DNA of 64,000 nt from an uncultured Desulfovibrio sp. (GTDB lineage: Bacteria > Desulfobacterota > Desulfovibrionia > Desulfovibrionales > Desulfovibrionaceae). Below, one piece after another: positions 26,715-36,277 of the stretch; position 1 is the stretch's first letter; every line of letters begins with the position of its first letter. The stretch covers positions 19,089-83,088 of the forward strand of contig NZ_CALVHE010000002.1 of NCBI RefSeq assembly GCF_944327235.1, written 5' to 3'. The position numbers were made by a program, and so were the translations under genes. The notes beneath the pieces are model-generated. The model had not been told where the DNA came from, ran no database searches, and saw only the letters and a list, made by a program, of their open reading frames with translations.

Positions 26715-26730
26715 TGTGACGCTCGTCACA
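26715..26730. promoter_or_regulatory. CRP/FNR-type palindrome, candidate HcpR box 2
   Basis: TGTGA-CGCTCG-TCACA (flanked as TTGTGA...TCACAC), 40 bp from box 1 and about 80 nt upstream of the divergent MFS gene. Confidence 0.6.
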
Positions 26731-26803
26731 CTTTTGTCAAATACCGCAAGCAATCCCGAAGCATTGCCGTATAGTGGGCGAAACGTGCCGGTGAGGAGGC
26801 AAT

Positions 26804-27976
26804 ATGAGCGCCGATACCCGTCTCTGGACCAAGGACTTTGTGGCGATCACCCTGGCCAATTTCTTCCTGATGATAAATTATTTCATGCTGATAGTGGTCA
26901 TGGCCGATTACGCCATGACCACGTTCGGCGCGGCCCCGGCACTGGCCGGCGCGGCCAGCGGCATGTTCATCGTGGGGGCGCTGGTGGCGCGCCTGTTCGC
27001 CGGGGCCTTCATGCAGACCTGGGGGCATCGGGCCATTGCGCTGGTGGGTATCGGCAGCGATCTCCTGTTCTCGGTGACGTATTTCGTGACCGGAGCGCTC
27101 CTGCCGCTGCTGGTCGTCCGCTTCCTGCACGGCTGTGCGTACGGCGCGGCGTCCACGGCGCTGGGGACCATCGTTTCCCGCATGGTGCCGGAAGCTCGGC
27201 GCGGCGAAGGGCTCGGCTACTACATGCTGAGCAATGCCCTTTCCGCGGCGGTAGGCCCGTTCATCGGCGTCTCCCTGCTGCGCAGCGGCTCCTTCGATCT
27301 GCATTTTTCGCTCTGCATCTTCTTCGCCTGCCTGAGCCTCGTCTCGGCCATGTGTTCCCGTTCCCTCTGGCAGGGCGGGCCAAGCCATGCCGGGGTCATC
27401 TTCATCCGTCCCTTGTGGCGCAATTTCCTGGAGCCCCGCGCCCTGCCCGTGAGCTGGCTGGCCTTCCTCATCTACGTGGCGTATTCCAGCATCCTGACCT
27501 TCCTCACCCCGTATGCCAAGGAGCTTTCCCTTGCCGCGACGGCCAGCGTTTTCTTCATCGTCTATTCGGCGGCCATGCTGGTGACGCGCCCCGTCGCGGG
27601 GAGGATCTTTGACCGGCACGGACCGGACCATGTCATGTATCCGGCCATAGTCGTGCTCGCCGTGGGCATCCTGCTGCTGGCCGGCTGCAACGGCAGTCTG
27701 CTCATGCTGCTTTCCGGGGCGTGCATCGGGGCGGGCATCGGCGTGCTGCAGTCCTGCGGCCTGACCATCGCCGTGCAGGCCTCTCCGGCCGAGCATGTGG
27801 GGCTGGCCAACTCCACATACTATATCTTCATGGACATCGCCGTGGGCTTCGGTCCGGCGGCGCTGGGCCTGCTCCAGCCGCTCACCGGCTACCGGGGCAT
27901 GTATGTGGGCATGGCCCTGCTCTGCGCCTTCTGCCTGCTGGTCTACGCCCGCATCCGGCCGCGCGCCGGACGCTGA
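26804..27976 (+). CDS. MFS transporter
   Basis: 390 aa with about 12 hydrophobic segments and a loop 2-3 like motif (GALVARLFAG region). Confidence 0.82.
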   Translation: MSADTRLWTKDFVAITLANFFLMINYFMLIVVMADYAMTTFGAAPALAGAASGMFIVGALVARLFAGAFMQTWGHRAIALVGIGSDLLFSVTYFVTGALLPLLVVRFLHGCAYGAASTALGTIVSRMVPEARRGEGLGYYMLSNALSAAVGPFIGVSLLRSGSFDLHFSLCIFFACLSLVSAMCSRSLWQGGPSHAGVIFIRPLWRNFLEPRALPVSWLAFLIYVAYSSILTFLTPYAKELSLAATASVFFIVYSAAMLVTRPVAGRIFDRHGPDHVMYPAIVVLAVGILLLAGCNGSLLMLLSGACIGAGIGVLQSCGLTIAVQASPAEHVGLANSTYYIFMDIAVGFGPAALGLLQPLTGYRGMYVGMALLCAFCLLVYARIRPRAGR

Positions 27977-28057
27977 GTCCCGTCCCGGCGGCGGAGGCTG
28001 GACTTTGCGCGAAAAACAGGCTATGGGATGCCGATACATCAAACTGGGGAATACCCC

Positions 28058-28183
28058 ATGCTGGAGGAACTCATGGCTCACAAGAAGATCGAGCGCAAGA
28101 AAGAACTGGATCGCCGCCGTCATCGCCGCGCCCAGCGTCTCAAGCAGCGCGTGCGCGAAGCCAAGGCTGCCGCCAAGAATTAA
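28058..28183 (+). CDS. Candidate very basic small protein (36-41 aa)
   Basis: MLEELMAHKKIERKKELDRRRHRRAQRLKQRVREAKAAAKN. GGAGGA lies 7 nt before the second ATG (28073). Too short for the ORF track. Its TAA stop is formed with the first base of MITE copy C. Confidence 0.4.
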   Translation: MLEELMAHKKIERKKELDRRRHRRAQRLKQRVREAKAAAKN

Positions 28184-28327
28184 AGCGTTTTGCCTTTGAG
28201 AAAAGGCGGAACGCAAGGCGACGGCACAGCGCCGCCCGGCCAGGACCAAGCGGGAAAAAGGCGTTTTTCCCGCGGAACGACAGGCCGTATGGTTTGGAGC
28301 GCAAAGCGTTCCAAACTGAAAATGCTT
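28183..28327 (+). mobile_element. MITE-like repeat R1, copy C
   Basis: 145 bp flanked by TA on both sides (28181-82 and 28328-29). Colinear with copies A, B and D. Confidence 0.8.
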
Positions 28328-28592
28328 TAGAGCGGCCGCACTCGTGAAGCGTGGCCGCTCCGGCGGACGCGGGAGCGGACGCCCGCACCCGGGCAGGCGG
28401 AAAGCATGAGCATTTCCGCCGCGCGGGCAGCGCAGTCGTTGCAAAGGCCGCATGTCGAAGCGTTTTGGCGGGGGCTGCGGGCACGGCCCGGACCCTCGCG
28501 GGGCGCAGAGGCGGTCTGCCGCATCCCGGAGACAACTTTTTTCTACGGCCGACAGCCCTTGCGGGCTGTTCTGGCCGCTATTGGCGTCTGTT

Positions 28593-28895
28593 ATGCCCAT
28601 TTACGAATATCAGTGCCCCAAGTGTCAGCATGTGTTTGAAGAGATGGTCTCCCTCTCGCAGGCGCATGGCGAGGAACCCTGTCCCCGCTGCGGCGCGCTG
28701 TCGCCGCGCATGATCTCTCATACGTCCTTCGTCCTCAAGGGCGGCGGCTGGTACGTCAGCGACTACGGCTACCGCAAGGGCATCAAGGAGGAGGGCGGCA
28801 GCTCCGCCACGGACACGAAGTCGTCCTCCGGCGGAGATTCCGCCGCCCCCGCCGCCTCGCCCGCATCAGGCACGCAAACCTCGCCGTCCGCATAG
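28593..28895 (+). CDS. FmdB-family zinc-ribbon protein
   Basis: MPIYEYQCPKCQHVFE...CPRCG is the family signature. Start moved to ATG 28593. Ser/Gly/Ala-rich tail. Confidence 0.82.
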   Translation: MPIYEYQCPKCQHVFEEMVSLSQAHGEEPCPRCGALSPRMISHTSFVLKGGGWYVSDYGYRKGIKEEGGSSATDTKSSSGGDSAAPAASPASGTQTSPSA

Positions 28896-28905
28896 GTATT
28901 GTTCC

Positions 28906-30219
28906 ATGATCGATCGCTACACCCGCCCGGAGATGGGCCAAATCTGGACACTGGAGAATCGCTACCGCGCCTGGCTGGAAGTGGAGCTTGCGGTATGTGA
29001 AGGCTGGGCCGAACTGGGCCGCATCCCCGCCGAGGCGGTGGAGGTCATCCGCCGCAAGGCCGTCATCGACGTGGACCGCATCCAGGAGATCGAACAGACG
29101 ACCCGCCACGACGTCATCGCCTTCCTGACCTCGCTGGAAGAGAAGATCGGGCCGGAAGCCCGTTACATCCATCTGGGCTGCACGTCGTCCGACATCGTGG
29201 ATACGGCCAACGGCTATCTCTTCCTTCAGGCGGGCAAGCTCATCCTGGCGGACATGGACATGCTGCTGGCCTCGCTGCGGCGTCTGGCCGAAAAGTACAA
29301 GGGCGTCCTCTGCATGGGCCGTACCCACGGCATCCACGCCGAGCCCACGAGCTTCGGGCTCAAGATGGTGGGCTTTTACGCCGAGTTCGCCCGGCATCTG
29401 GAGCGGGTGAAGGCCGGACTGGAAAGCGTGCGTGTGGGCAAGCTCTCCGGCGCGGTGGGCACCTACGCCTTCCTTTCGCCGGAGCTGGAAGCCGGGGCGC
29501 TCAAGCGCCTCGGGCTGGAAGTGGACCCGCATTCCACCCAGATCGTGCAGCGCGACCGCTACGCCCACTTCTTCACCTCGCTGGCCATCCTGGCGGGCGG
29601 CGTGGAACGCCTCTGCGTGGAGCTGCGCCATCTCCAGCGTACCGAAGTGCTGGAAGTGGAAGAAGGCTTCGGCAAGGGCCAGAAAGGTTCCTCGGCCATG
29701 CCCCACAAGAAGAACCCCATCTCCGCCGAGAACATGTGCGGTCTGGCCCGTCTGCTGCGCGGCAACGCGCTGGCCTCGCTGGAGAACCAGGCCCTCTGGC
29801 ACGAGCGGGACATCAGCCACTCCTCGGTGGAGCGCGTCATCATGCCCGACTCCACCATCCTTGCGGACTACATCCTCAACCGGCTGGCCCGTCTGCTGGA
29901 CGGTCTGGTGGTGAAGCCCGACCGTATGCAGGAAAATATGGACCGCTCCTTCGGTCTCTACTTCTCGCAGCGCGTGCTGACGGCGCTCATCGCCACCGGT
30001 ATGCCGCGCCAGCAGGCATACGAGGCCGTGCAGCGTCTGGCCATGCAGAGCTGGGAAAGCCGCCGTCCCTTCCCCGAACTGGTGCGCGCGGATGCCGCCA
30101 TGCGGGAACGGCTGGGCGCGCAGCTTGACGAAAAAGCGGCGGACGGACTGTTCGATCCCGCATTCTATCTGCGGCATGAGGACGACATCTATGCTCGCGT
30201 CCTTGGCCGTCAGGAGTAA
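28906..30219 (+). CDS. purB: Adenylosuccinate lyase
   Basis: MIDRYTRPEM N-terminus, and the SSAMPHKKNP signature of the fumarate lyase superfamily / PurB. Confidence 0.95.
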   Translation: MIDRYTRPEMGQIWTLENRYRAWLEVELAVCEGWAELGRIPAEAVEVIRRKAVIDVDRIQEIEQTTRHDVIAFLTSLEEKIGPEARYIHLGCTSSDIVDTANGYLFLQAGKLILADMDMLLASLRRLAEKYKGVLCMGRTHGIHAEPTSFGLKMVGFYAEFARHLERVKAGLESVRVGKLSGAVGTYAFLSPELEAGALKRLGLEVDPHSTQIVQRDRYAHFFTSLAILAGGVERLCVELRHLQRTEVLEVEEGFGKGQKGSSAMPHKKNPISAENMCGLARLLRGNALASLENQALWHERDISHSSVERVIMPDSTILADYILNRLARLLDGLVVKPDRMQENMDRSFGLYFSQRVLTALIATGMPRQQAYEAVQRLAMQSWESRRPFPELVRADAAMRERLGAQLDEKAADGLFDPAFYLRHEDDIYARVLGRQE

Positions 30220-30222
30220 GCC

Positions 30223-30792
30223 ATGACGGATGACATGATGCAGCTCAAGCGGCGTCTGGCGCGCCTGCTGGTGGAAAAGTCCTACCGTGAGGGAGACTTC
30301 GTCCTCGCTTCCGGCCGTCGCAGCGATTATTATTTCGACTGTCGCGTCACGGCCCTCCATGCCGAAGGTTCGTGGCTCATCGGCTCCCTCTTCAATCATC
30401 TGCTTGCCGACCTGCCCATCGTCGGGGTGGGCGGCATGACCATGGGCGCGGATCCGCTGGTCTCCGCCACCACGGTCATTTCGCATACGCTGGGCCGTCC
30501 CCTGCACGGTATGCTCGTGCGCAAGGAAGCCAAGGGGCACGGTACCGGACAATATGTGGAGGGGCTCGGCAACTTCGCTCCCGGCGACCGGGTCGCCATG
30601 CTGGAGGATGTCGTGACCACGGGCGGGTCTCTGCTCAAGGCCTGCGACCGGGTGCGTGATGCGGGTATGGAGATCGTGGCCGTGTGCGCCATTCTGGATC
30701 GTGAGGAGGGGGGTCGTGAAAAACTCCGTGACGCGGGCTATGACCTGCGGGCGCTGTTCACACGCAAGGAACTCGTGGAACTGGCCCGCTAG
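30223..30792 (+). CDS. pyrE: Orotate phosphoribosyltransferase
   Basis: 189 aa with PRPP-binding motif VAMLEDVVTTGGS and an upstream F.L.SGR.S.YYFD block. Confidence 0.93.
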   Translation: MTDDMMQLKRRLARLLVEKSYREGDFVLASGRRSDYYFDCRVTALHAEGSWLIGSLFNHLLADLPIVGVGGMTMGADPLVSATTVISHTLGRPLHGMLVRKEAKGHGTGQYVEGLGNFAPGDRVAMLEDVVTTGGSLLKACDRVRDAGMEIVAVCAILDREEGGREKLRDAGYDLRALFTRKELVELAR

Positions 30793-32929
30793 GAAGGACG
30801 CCGGCCCCTCTCCCCGTTGCCTTACGGCCGCAAAAGGGCTTTGTCGCCTGCTGGCCGCCGGGTGTCTGGGGCTGAGTCTGGCGTTCCCTGCCTACGCCGA
30901 CAACTGGCAGGCCCCTCTGGTCGACGAGGGCCTGCCTTCGCATCTTGTGGCGGTGGACAAGCACCGTCAGTCCTTTCTGTTTTTCGAGCGCAAGAGCCCG
31001 CTGCGTCTCAAGTACACCTTCCCCTGCACCACCGGGCAGGTCCCCGGCGACAAACAGGTCATCAACGACAAGCGCACGCCCGAGGGCATCTATTTCGTCG
31101 AGTACAAGATCGCCAGCGGACTGGATTTCGCGGAGTACGGCGGCGTCGCCTATACCCTGAACTATCCCAATCCCGTGGACAGGCTGCGGGGCAAGACCGG
31201 TCACGGCATCTGGATCCACAGCAAGGGATTCGGCATCTTCCCGCGCGATACGCGCGGCTGTGTGGCCATCGGGCTGCAGGACATCGACACGGTGGGGCCG
31301 AGCCTCGTGCCCGGCACCGCGGTGGTGCTGGCGCACGCGGTGGATGAAAACAACGTGCCGCAGCGGGATGACGGCACGGCCCGTTATCTGCGTCACCGTA
31401 TGCAGCAGTGGAGCGACGCCTGGGCCGCCCGTTCGGAAAAGATGTTCGATTTTTATGACGGCGCGGCCTACAGCAAGGCGACCGAGGATTTCGGCAGGTT
31501 CCGTCAGAACAAGCAGCGTCTGTTCAAGATGCTCTCGTTCATCAAGATCATCAACCGGGATATCCATGTATTGCAGGGGCCCGGCTACTGGGTCACCTGG
31601 TCGGAACAGTTCTATACGGCCTCCAACCTCTCGACCGAGGGGGTACGGCGGCTGTACTGGCAGAAGGACGACAAGGGCGAATTCCGCATCGTCGGCATGG
31701 AGTGGACGCCGCGGGATATGGGTATGCTGGCCGAATTCAAGCAGGGCAAGCTCATCGCGCAGGCCTTGCCGGTCATGAGCGACGGCAGCGAAGGTCCTTC
31801 CCGGCCCGCGCTGGACATGCCGGAAAGCGCCGCGGACGAGAAAGCCGCCGCGACGGCGGCGGGCGGCGAACAGGAACGCCTGTTGGCGGCGGATGCGCTC
31901 GTGCCGCGCAACCAGCCGACGCAGATCACCGGAGAGATCAACTGGGGCGGCGGGAGCGCGCTCGATACGCTGCGCCCGGATGAGCGGGAGCTTTCCCTGA
32001 CGGGGAGCGACGAGGCCCCTGCCGTGGAGACGCCGCAGCAAGCGGCGGCCCCCGCCGAGACGACGCCGGAGACCCTCGCGGCCGATGAGGCGCGGGGACC
32101 TGAGGTCGCGCCCACGCCCGCCGCGCCGGAAGCGGCCACCCCTCCGCCGCCCCCGGCACTGGAGCTGACGCCGTCCCTGCGTGAGGAACTTGCGGCGCGG
32201 GCTTCCGCCTGGCTCTCGGCCTTTGCCGAGCGGGATACGCGGGCCGAGGCGCTGGAAAGCGGCTATTACGACGCCAAGCGTTTCAACAAGACGGCGGGCC
32301 TGCCGCGCGGTCTGAGCCTCGGTCAGGAGCGCCGCGAACGGCAGCGCCTGCTGCGCTCGCCCTGGCTGCGCGTGTACCCCGGCGCGCAGGAGTGGTCTGT
32401 GGACGGACAGACCGCTCTTTGCCGTTTGCCGGTGCTTTTCGTCGGTCAGCGCGGCATCGAGGAGGGCCTGCGGGAACTCTGGTGGCAGCGCGGCGAGGAT
32501 GGCGTCTTTCGTCTGGTCGCCAGCCGCTGGACGCCCGGCGAACACGGATTGTCCATGGTCTATCTGGAAACCGCCAGCGGCGAGGCCAGCGCCATGCTGG
32601 AACGCTGGCGCGCAGCCTGGGAAAAGGCCGATCTGGACGCCTACATGGAATGTTATACCCCCGACGCCCTGCAACAGGGACGGCGCGGAGCGCGCTTCCT
32701 GCGGCAGCAGAAGCAGAACCTCTGGCAGCGCGTCACCCCCACGCTGGTGCAGCTCAGCGGTATGCGCTTCTCATTGGACAAGAAGGGCCTGCGGGCCGAC
32801 ATGATGCAGAACTATGCCGACAGCAAGGGCATGAGCGACCGGGGGACCAAGACCCTGCTGCTGGAATACGACGGGACGAGCTGGCGCATCGCCCGTGAGG
32901 ATTGGGCGGCCGAACCGCCCGCACGCTAG
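30740..32929 (+). CDS. L,D-transpeptidase (YkuD) family protein with long C-terminal extension
   Basis: HGIWIHS...TRGCVAI catalytic His/Cys motif and signal-like LLAAGCLGLSLAFPAYA. Two SnoaL/DUF4440-like segments (W..AW...D...Y..) flank an Ala/Pro/Glu linker. The start is uncertain: the only ATG is at 30740 and overlaps pyrE by 53 nt. Confidence 0.75.
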   Translation: MTCGRCSHARNSWNWPARKDAGPSPRCLTAAKGLCRLLAAGCLGLSLAFPAYADNWQAPLVDEGLPSHLVAVDKHRQSFLFFERKSPLRLKYTFPCTTGQVPGDKQVINDKRTPEGIYFVEYKIASGLDFAEYGGVAYTLNYPNPVDRLRGKTGHGIWIHSKGFGIFPRDTRGCVAIGLQDIDTVGPSLVPGTAVVLAHAVDENNVPQRDDGTARYLRHRMQQWSDAWAARSEKMFDFYDGAAYSKATEDFGRFRQNKQRLFKMLSFIKIINRDIHVLQGPGYWVTWSEQFYTASNLSTEGVRRLYWQKDDKGEFRIVGMEWTPRDMGMLAEFKQGKLIAQALPVMSDGSEGPSRPALDMPESAADEKAAATAAGGEQERLLAADALVPRNQPTQITGEINWGGGSALDTLRPDERELSLTGSDEAPAVETPQQAAAPAETTPETLAADEARGPEVAPTPAAPEAATPPPPPALELTPSLREELAARASAWLSAFAERDTRAEALESGYYDAKRFNKTAGLPRGLSLGQERRERQRLLRSPWLRVYPGAQEWSVDGQTALCRLPVLFVGQRGIEEGLRELWWQRGEDGVFRLVASRWTPGEHGLSMVYLETASGEASAMLERWRAAWEKADLDAYMECYTPDALQQGRRGARFLRQQKQNLWQRVTPTLVQLSGMRFSLDKKGLRADMMQNYADSKGMSDRGTKTLLLEYDGTSWRIAREDWAAEPPAR

Positions 32930-32931
32930 GC

Positions 32932-33693
32932 ATGAGCAACGATACGCGACTGAGCCTCATACTGATGAGTGACGATGGCGCCCGGCGTACTCTGCGGGTG
33001 CGCCGGGGGCGGTTCTATGTCTTCATGATCTGTCTGTTCTGCTTCCCGCTGCTCGCCGGTGGCCTGGGGTGGTGGTCCTTCCAGCTCTGGCGGAGCAATA
33101 TCGCGCTCGAAGCGGAGCAGGTCCGGCTCGAACGGGCGCTGCTTGAGGCCGAGGCCACCGCCGAACGGCTGGAAAATCTCGAGATCCTGCTCAAGGAACA
33201 GAATGTCGACGGGCGGCGTCTGCTGGCCCATCGACTGGTCGGTCATTCCGAAGCCACGGCGTCCGTCGAACCGGAGGAGAGCGCCGAGGTGCAGAAGGAG
33301 ATGGAGCAGGCCCTGAAGCAGCCGAGCGAAGGGCCGGGCCATGCGGAGTTCCCCGCCGTATCCTCAGATCTGGTCAAGGTGCTCAATGTCCGGGCCCGCT
33401 CTCTGGGCAACGGGCGCCTGCGCGTCTCGCTCGACCTGCGTAATACCGAGCGGCAGAAGGTGGTCTCCGGCGTGGTGGAGGTAACGCTGCTGACGGCCGA
33501 CGGGCAGCAGCACGCCGTGAGTTTTGAGCCGGATGATGTGGGGGATTTCCGCATCAGCCGTTTCAAGCGCGCGGTCATGGTGTCCCGTCTTCCCCGTTCC
33601 GTGGGCAAGCTGGAAAACAGTCAGGTCATCATAGAGGTGAAGAAGGCCGACGGCGAGCTTTTGTTCCGCAATATCTTTGCCGTGGAAAGATAG
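32932..33693 (+). CDS. Hypothetical membrane-anchored coiled-coil protein
   Basis: ATG 32932 lies 3 nt after the upstream stop. One TM segment (FYVFMICLFCFPLLAGGLGWW) is followed by a heptad-like LEAEQVRLERALLEAEATAERLENLEILL. Confidence 0.6.
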   Translation: MSNDTRLSLILMSDDGARRTLRVRRGRFYVFMICLFCFPLLAGGLGWWSFQLWRSNIALEAEQVRLERALLEAEATAERLENLEILLKEQNVDGRRLLAHRLVGHSEATASVEPEESAEVQKEMEQALKQPSEGPGHAEFPAVSSDLVKVLNVRARSLGNGRLRVSLDLRNTERQKVVSGVVEVTLLTADGQQHAVSFEPDDVGDFRISRFKRAVMVSRLPRSVGKLENSQVIIEVKKADGELLFRNIFAVER

Positions 33694-33700
33694 TGTTCCG

Positions 33701-33727
33701 GCGCTCCCCTGCGGGAGCGCTTTTTGT
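33701..33727 (+). terminator. Rho-independent terminator
   Basis: GCGCTCCC-CTGC-GGGAGCGC followed by TTTTTGTTT. Confidence 0.8.
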
Positions 33728-33765
33728 TTGGAAAGGTTGTTCTCGCGTATCGCGACAGCCAAAAC

Positions 33766-33794
33766 AAAACGCCCGCTTTGCGGGCGTTTTTTTG
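33766..33794. terminator. Bidirectional terminator, also serving the minus-strand methyltransferase gene
   Basis: AAAACGCCCG-CTTTG-CGGGCGTTTTTTT with A/T runs on both sides. Confidence 0.75.
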
Positions 33795-33882
33795 TGCGCA
33801 TGTATTCGGAGGTCTCATCCCGGATCGTGGATGGATGCCCGGCCCGGCAGGCGGCGCGATCCACCGCCTGCGCTGTCTTGCA

Positions 33883-34851
33883 TCACGCGTTCCGCGCCGG
33901 AAGAGGTTCATTGGCAAATTCGTAGAGCAGGGCGCCGTTGCTCCCGAGACAGCGCGCATGAGGGAACACCCGCTGACATATCTCCAGCCAGGAGAGCGGC
34001 CACAGAGCCTTGTCGGCATAGCGGCGCTCGTAAAAACCGGGCGATGCCATATAGATGTAGCGGCCTCCGGGGGCCAGGCAGTACGAGAGTTTTTTCAGCA
34101 AGGCAAAGGCGGTGGGGAAGTCCGGGATGGCCGTCATGCCTGTCTTGTCGAGGATGAGATCGAAGCGGGGCGGGATAGCGCTGACCTCCTCCGCCCGCGC
34201 GAGCAGTTTGTCGATGAAATCTTCGCAAGGGCTATGCGCCCAGCGCAGATGGGGATAGCGAACGGCGCAGTCCGCAATGGCGGCATAGGAGGCGTCCACG
34301 CCGACGCCGAGGCGTGGCCCGCCACCTGTCGCGCCCAGCGAGCGCATGACAAGCGCCAGCAGTTCGCCCTGTCCGCAGCCCAGTTCAAGCACCGTGTGGA
34401 TGGTGGGGCGCAGATGCGGCGTAAGCATGTCCAGCCATGCGCGTTGTCCCGAGAAGTGGAAGGCTTCTGTACTGTAGAATACTTCATAGGACGAGACGGC
34501 ATCCATAGCGCAATGGTAGAGGATATTTTTTCTGCTGCGTATCAGGAATCTTCTTTCTTGAAGTCTTCTATTGAGAAATATGGCCTGCATGTTGTCGAGA
34601 CAATCTTTGACATGTGTAACATTGGCCGTACAGATAGGACACCAATGGTCGGGATGGATGAGGACCTGTATGGTGATAGGCATTTCTTTGCCAGGCAGGT
34701 CTCGGGAAAGGATATGGTGTTTGAGATTGGTGGATGTGAGTTTTTGCGGTTCTTTACCGGGAATGAAAACTTGCAGATTATTGCCGGAATCGGAGATGGT
34801 GAGATCACGAGGCCTGAAGTATGCCTCATAGTCGAGGCCAAAATCCCGCAT
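33883..34851 (-). CDS. Class I SAM-dependent methyltransferase with an N-terminal domain of unknown function
   Basis: VLELGCGQGE motif I and LILDKTG / LAPGGRYIY blocks in the GC-rich 3' two-thirds. First ATG at 34851, 2 nt after the upstream stop (TGAACATG), with no obvious SD. The track ORF starts at GTG 34872. Confidence 0.72.
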   Translation of the reverse strand: MRDFGLDYEAYFRPRDLTISDSGNNLQVFIPGKEPQKLTSTNLKHHILSRDLPGKEMPITIQVLIHPDHWCPICTANVTHVKDCLDNMQAIFLNRRLQERRFLIRSRKNILYHCAMDAVSSYEVFYSTEAFHFSGQRAWLDMLTPHLRPTIHTVLELGCGQGELLALVMRSLGATGGGPRLGVGVDASYAAIADCAVRYPHLRWAHSPCEDFIDKLLARAEEVSAIPPRFDLILDKTGMTAIPDFPTAFALLKKLSYCLAPGGRYIYMASPGFYERRYADKALWPLSWLEICQRVFPHARCLGSNGALLYEFANEPLPARNA

Positions 34852-34853
34852 GT

Positions 34854-35477
<624 letters not shown>

Positions 35478-35879
35478 GTATGAGCTCCTTTCTACCTAGG
35501 AAGTGATGCCGCCTCTCGACGTTTCAGCAGAGTCGCATCAGGGTGTTGTCTGAGGTCTGCATGGGGATGCCGTACTTTACGACTATGACATATAGCGGAA
35601 GCAACGCGGCATGTCCAGTTTGCTTTGCCATCTCCAGCACCGCTAATGTTCGGACGTGACGCGGAGAGACCCTCTGTCGGCAGATCGCGGTGAGATTCCT
35701 TGCCTGGGAAGATGGCCGGCGGACTTGCGGGATGGTTTGCTGAGGAGGAGGCGGAGACGGAGGGTCGTTCCCGCCGTAGTGGGGCCTTAAAAAAATTCAA
35801 CTGAGGGTGAAGCCTCTGCATGTATGCCTGAAAGGAGGGCCGCGCGGAAAGCTCGTCTGCGGTAGTCTTCTGCTTCCGT

Positions 35880-36150
35880 AAAGTGGATACTGTTGTATTA
35901 CTGCAATAGACGAAAATATGGCTAAAATTTTTCTTGAATAATAATATTATAATATGATTTTGTTATTTTGTTCTCTAATAATCGTCTTGAATAAAATGAT
36001 TTGTTCAAAATTTCTTTTTTAATAAAGTTTGAATCATGCACTGGTTGAACGACCAATCATTTCATATCCCTGAAAAATGCGACGCAAATTTGTGATTTGG
36101 CAGAAAAAAAATATGCATGAGAGATATTTTCTTTGCCTCCTGCACGAAAA
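35880..36150. other. Strongly AT-rich non-coding block with a direct repeat, CTTGAATAA
   Basis: Visibly AT-dominated against the GC-rich background. CTTGAATAA occurs at 35933-35941 and 35986-35994, 53 bp apart. No ORF of meaningful length. Confidence 0.8.
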
Positions 36151-36277
36151 TTTGCTACCCCGAAAGAGCGGACTGCCGTTTCGGCTGGGAACGGCGTTCG
36201 TCTGGTCCGCGGCTGGGCGGCAACGCCCCCCGAAACCACGACCGCAAGGTCGGAAACGCTGCTATGAGGAGGCGGCT

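Noticed and set aside
35492-35821. 109-aa minus-strand ORF ending just before the SD of the deacetylase-like gene.
   Set aside because: It is Ser/Pro/Arg/Ala-rich with no motif, no SD and no plausible start context. It may be a pseudogene remnant or non-coding leader, and the evidence is insufficient to call a CDS.
36098-36118. Sigma-54-like TGGCAG ... TGCA in the AT-rich block, and TGGTAT..TTGC upstream of dhcA (about 37865-37880).
   Set aside because: The GG-to-GC spacing is wrong, at 14 and 9 nt instead of the canonical spacing, and the second element is weak.
36150-36277. Possible glycine riboswitch in the leader of the AGCS alanine/glycine symporter gene.
   Set aside because: The conserved glycine-aptamer cores (GGAGAG ... 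CACCGAAGGGGCAA ... CTCAGGCAAAAGGAC) are absent. Only generic GC-rich hairpins are visible.
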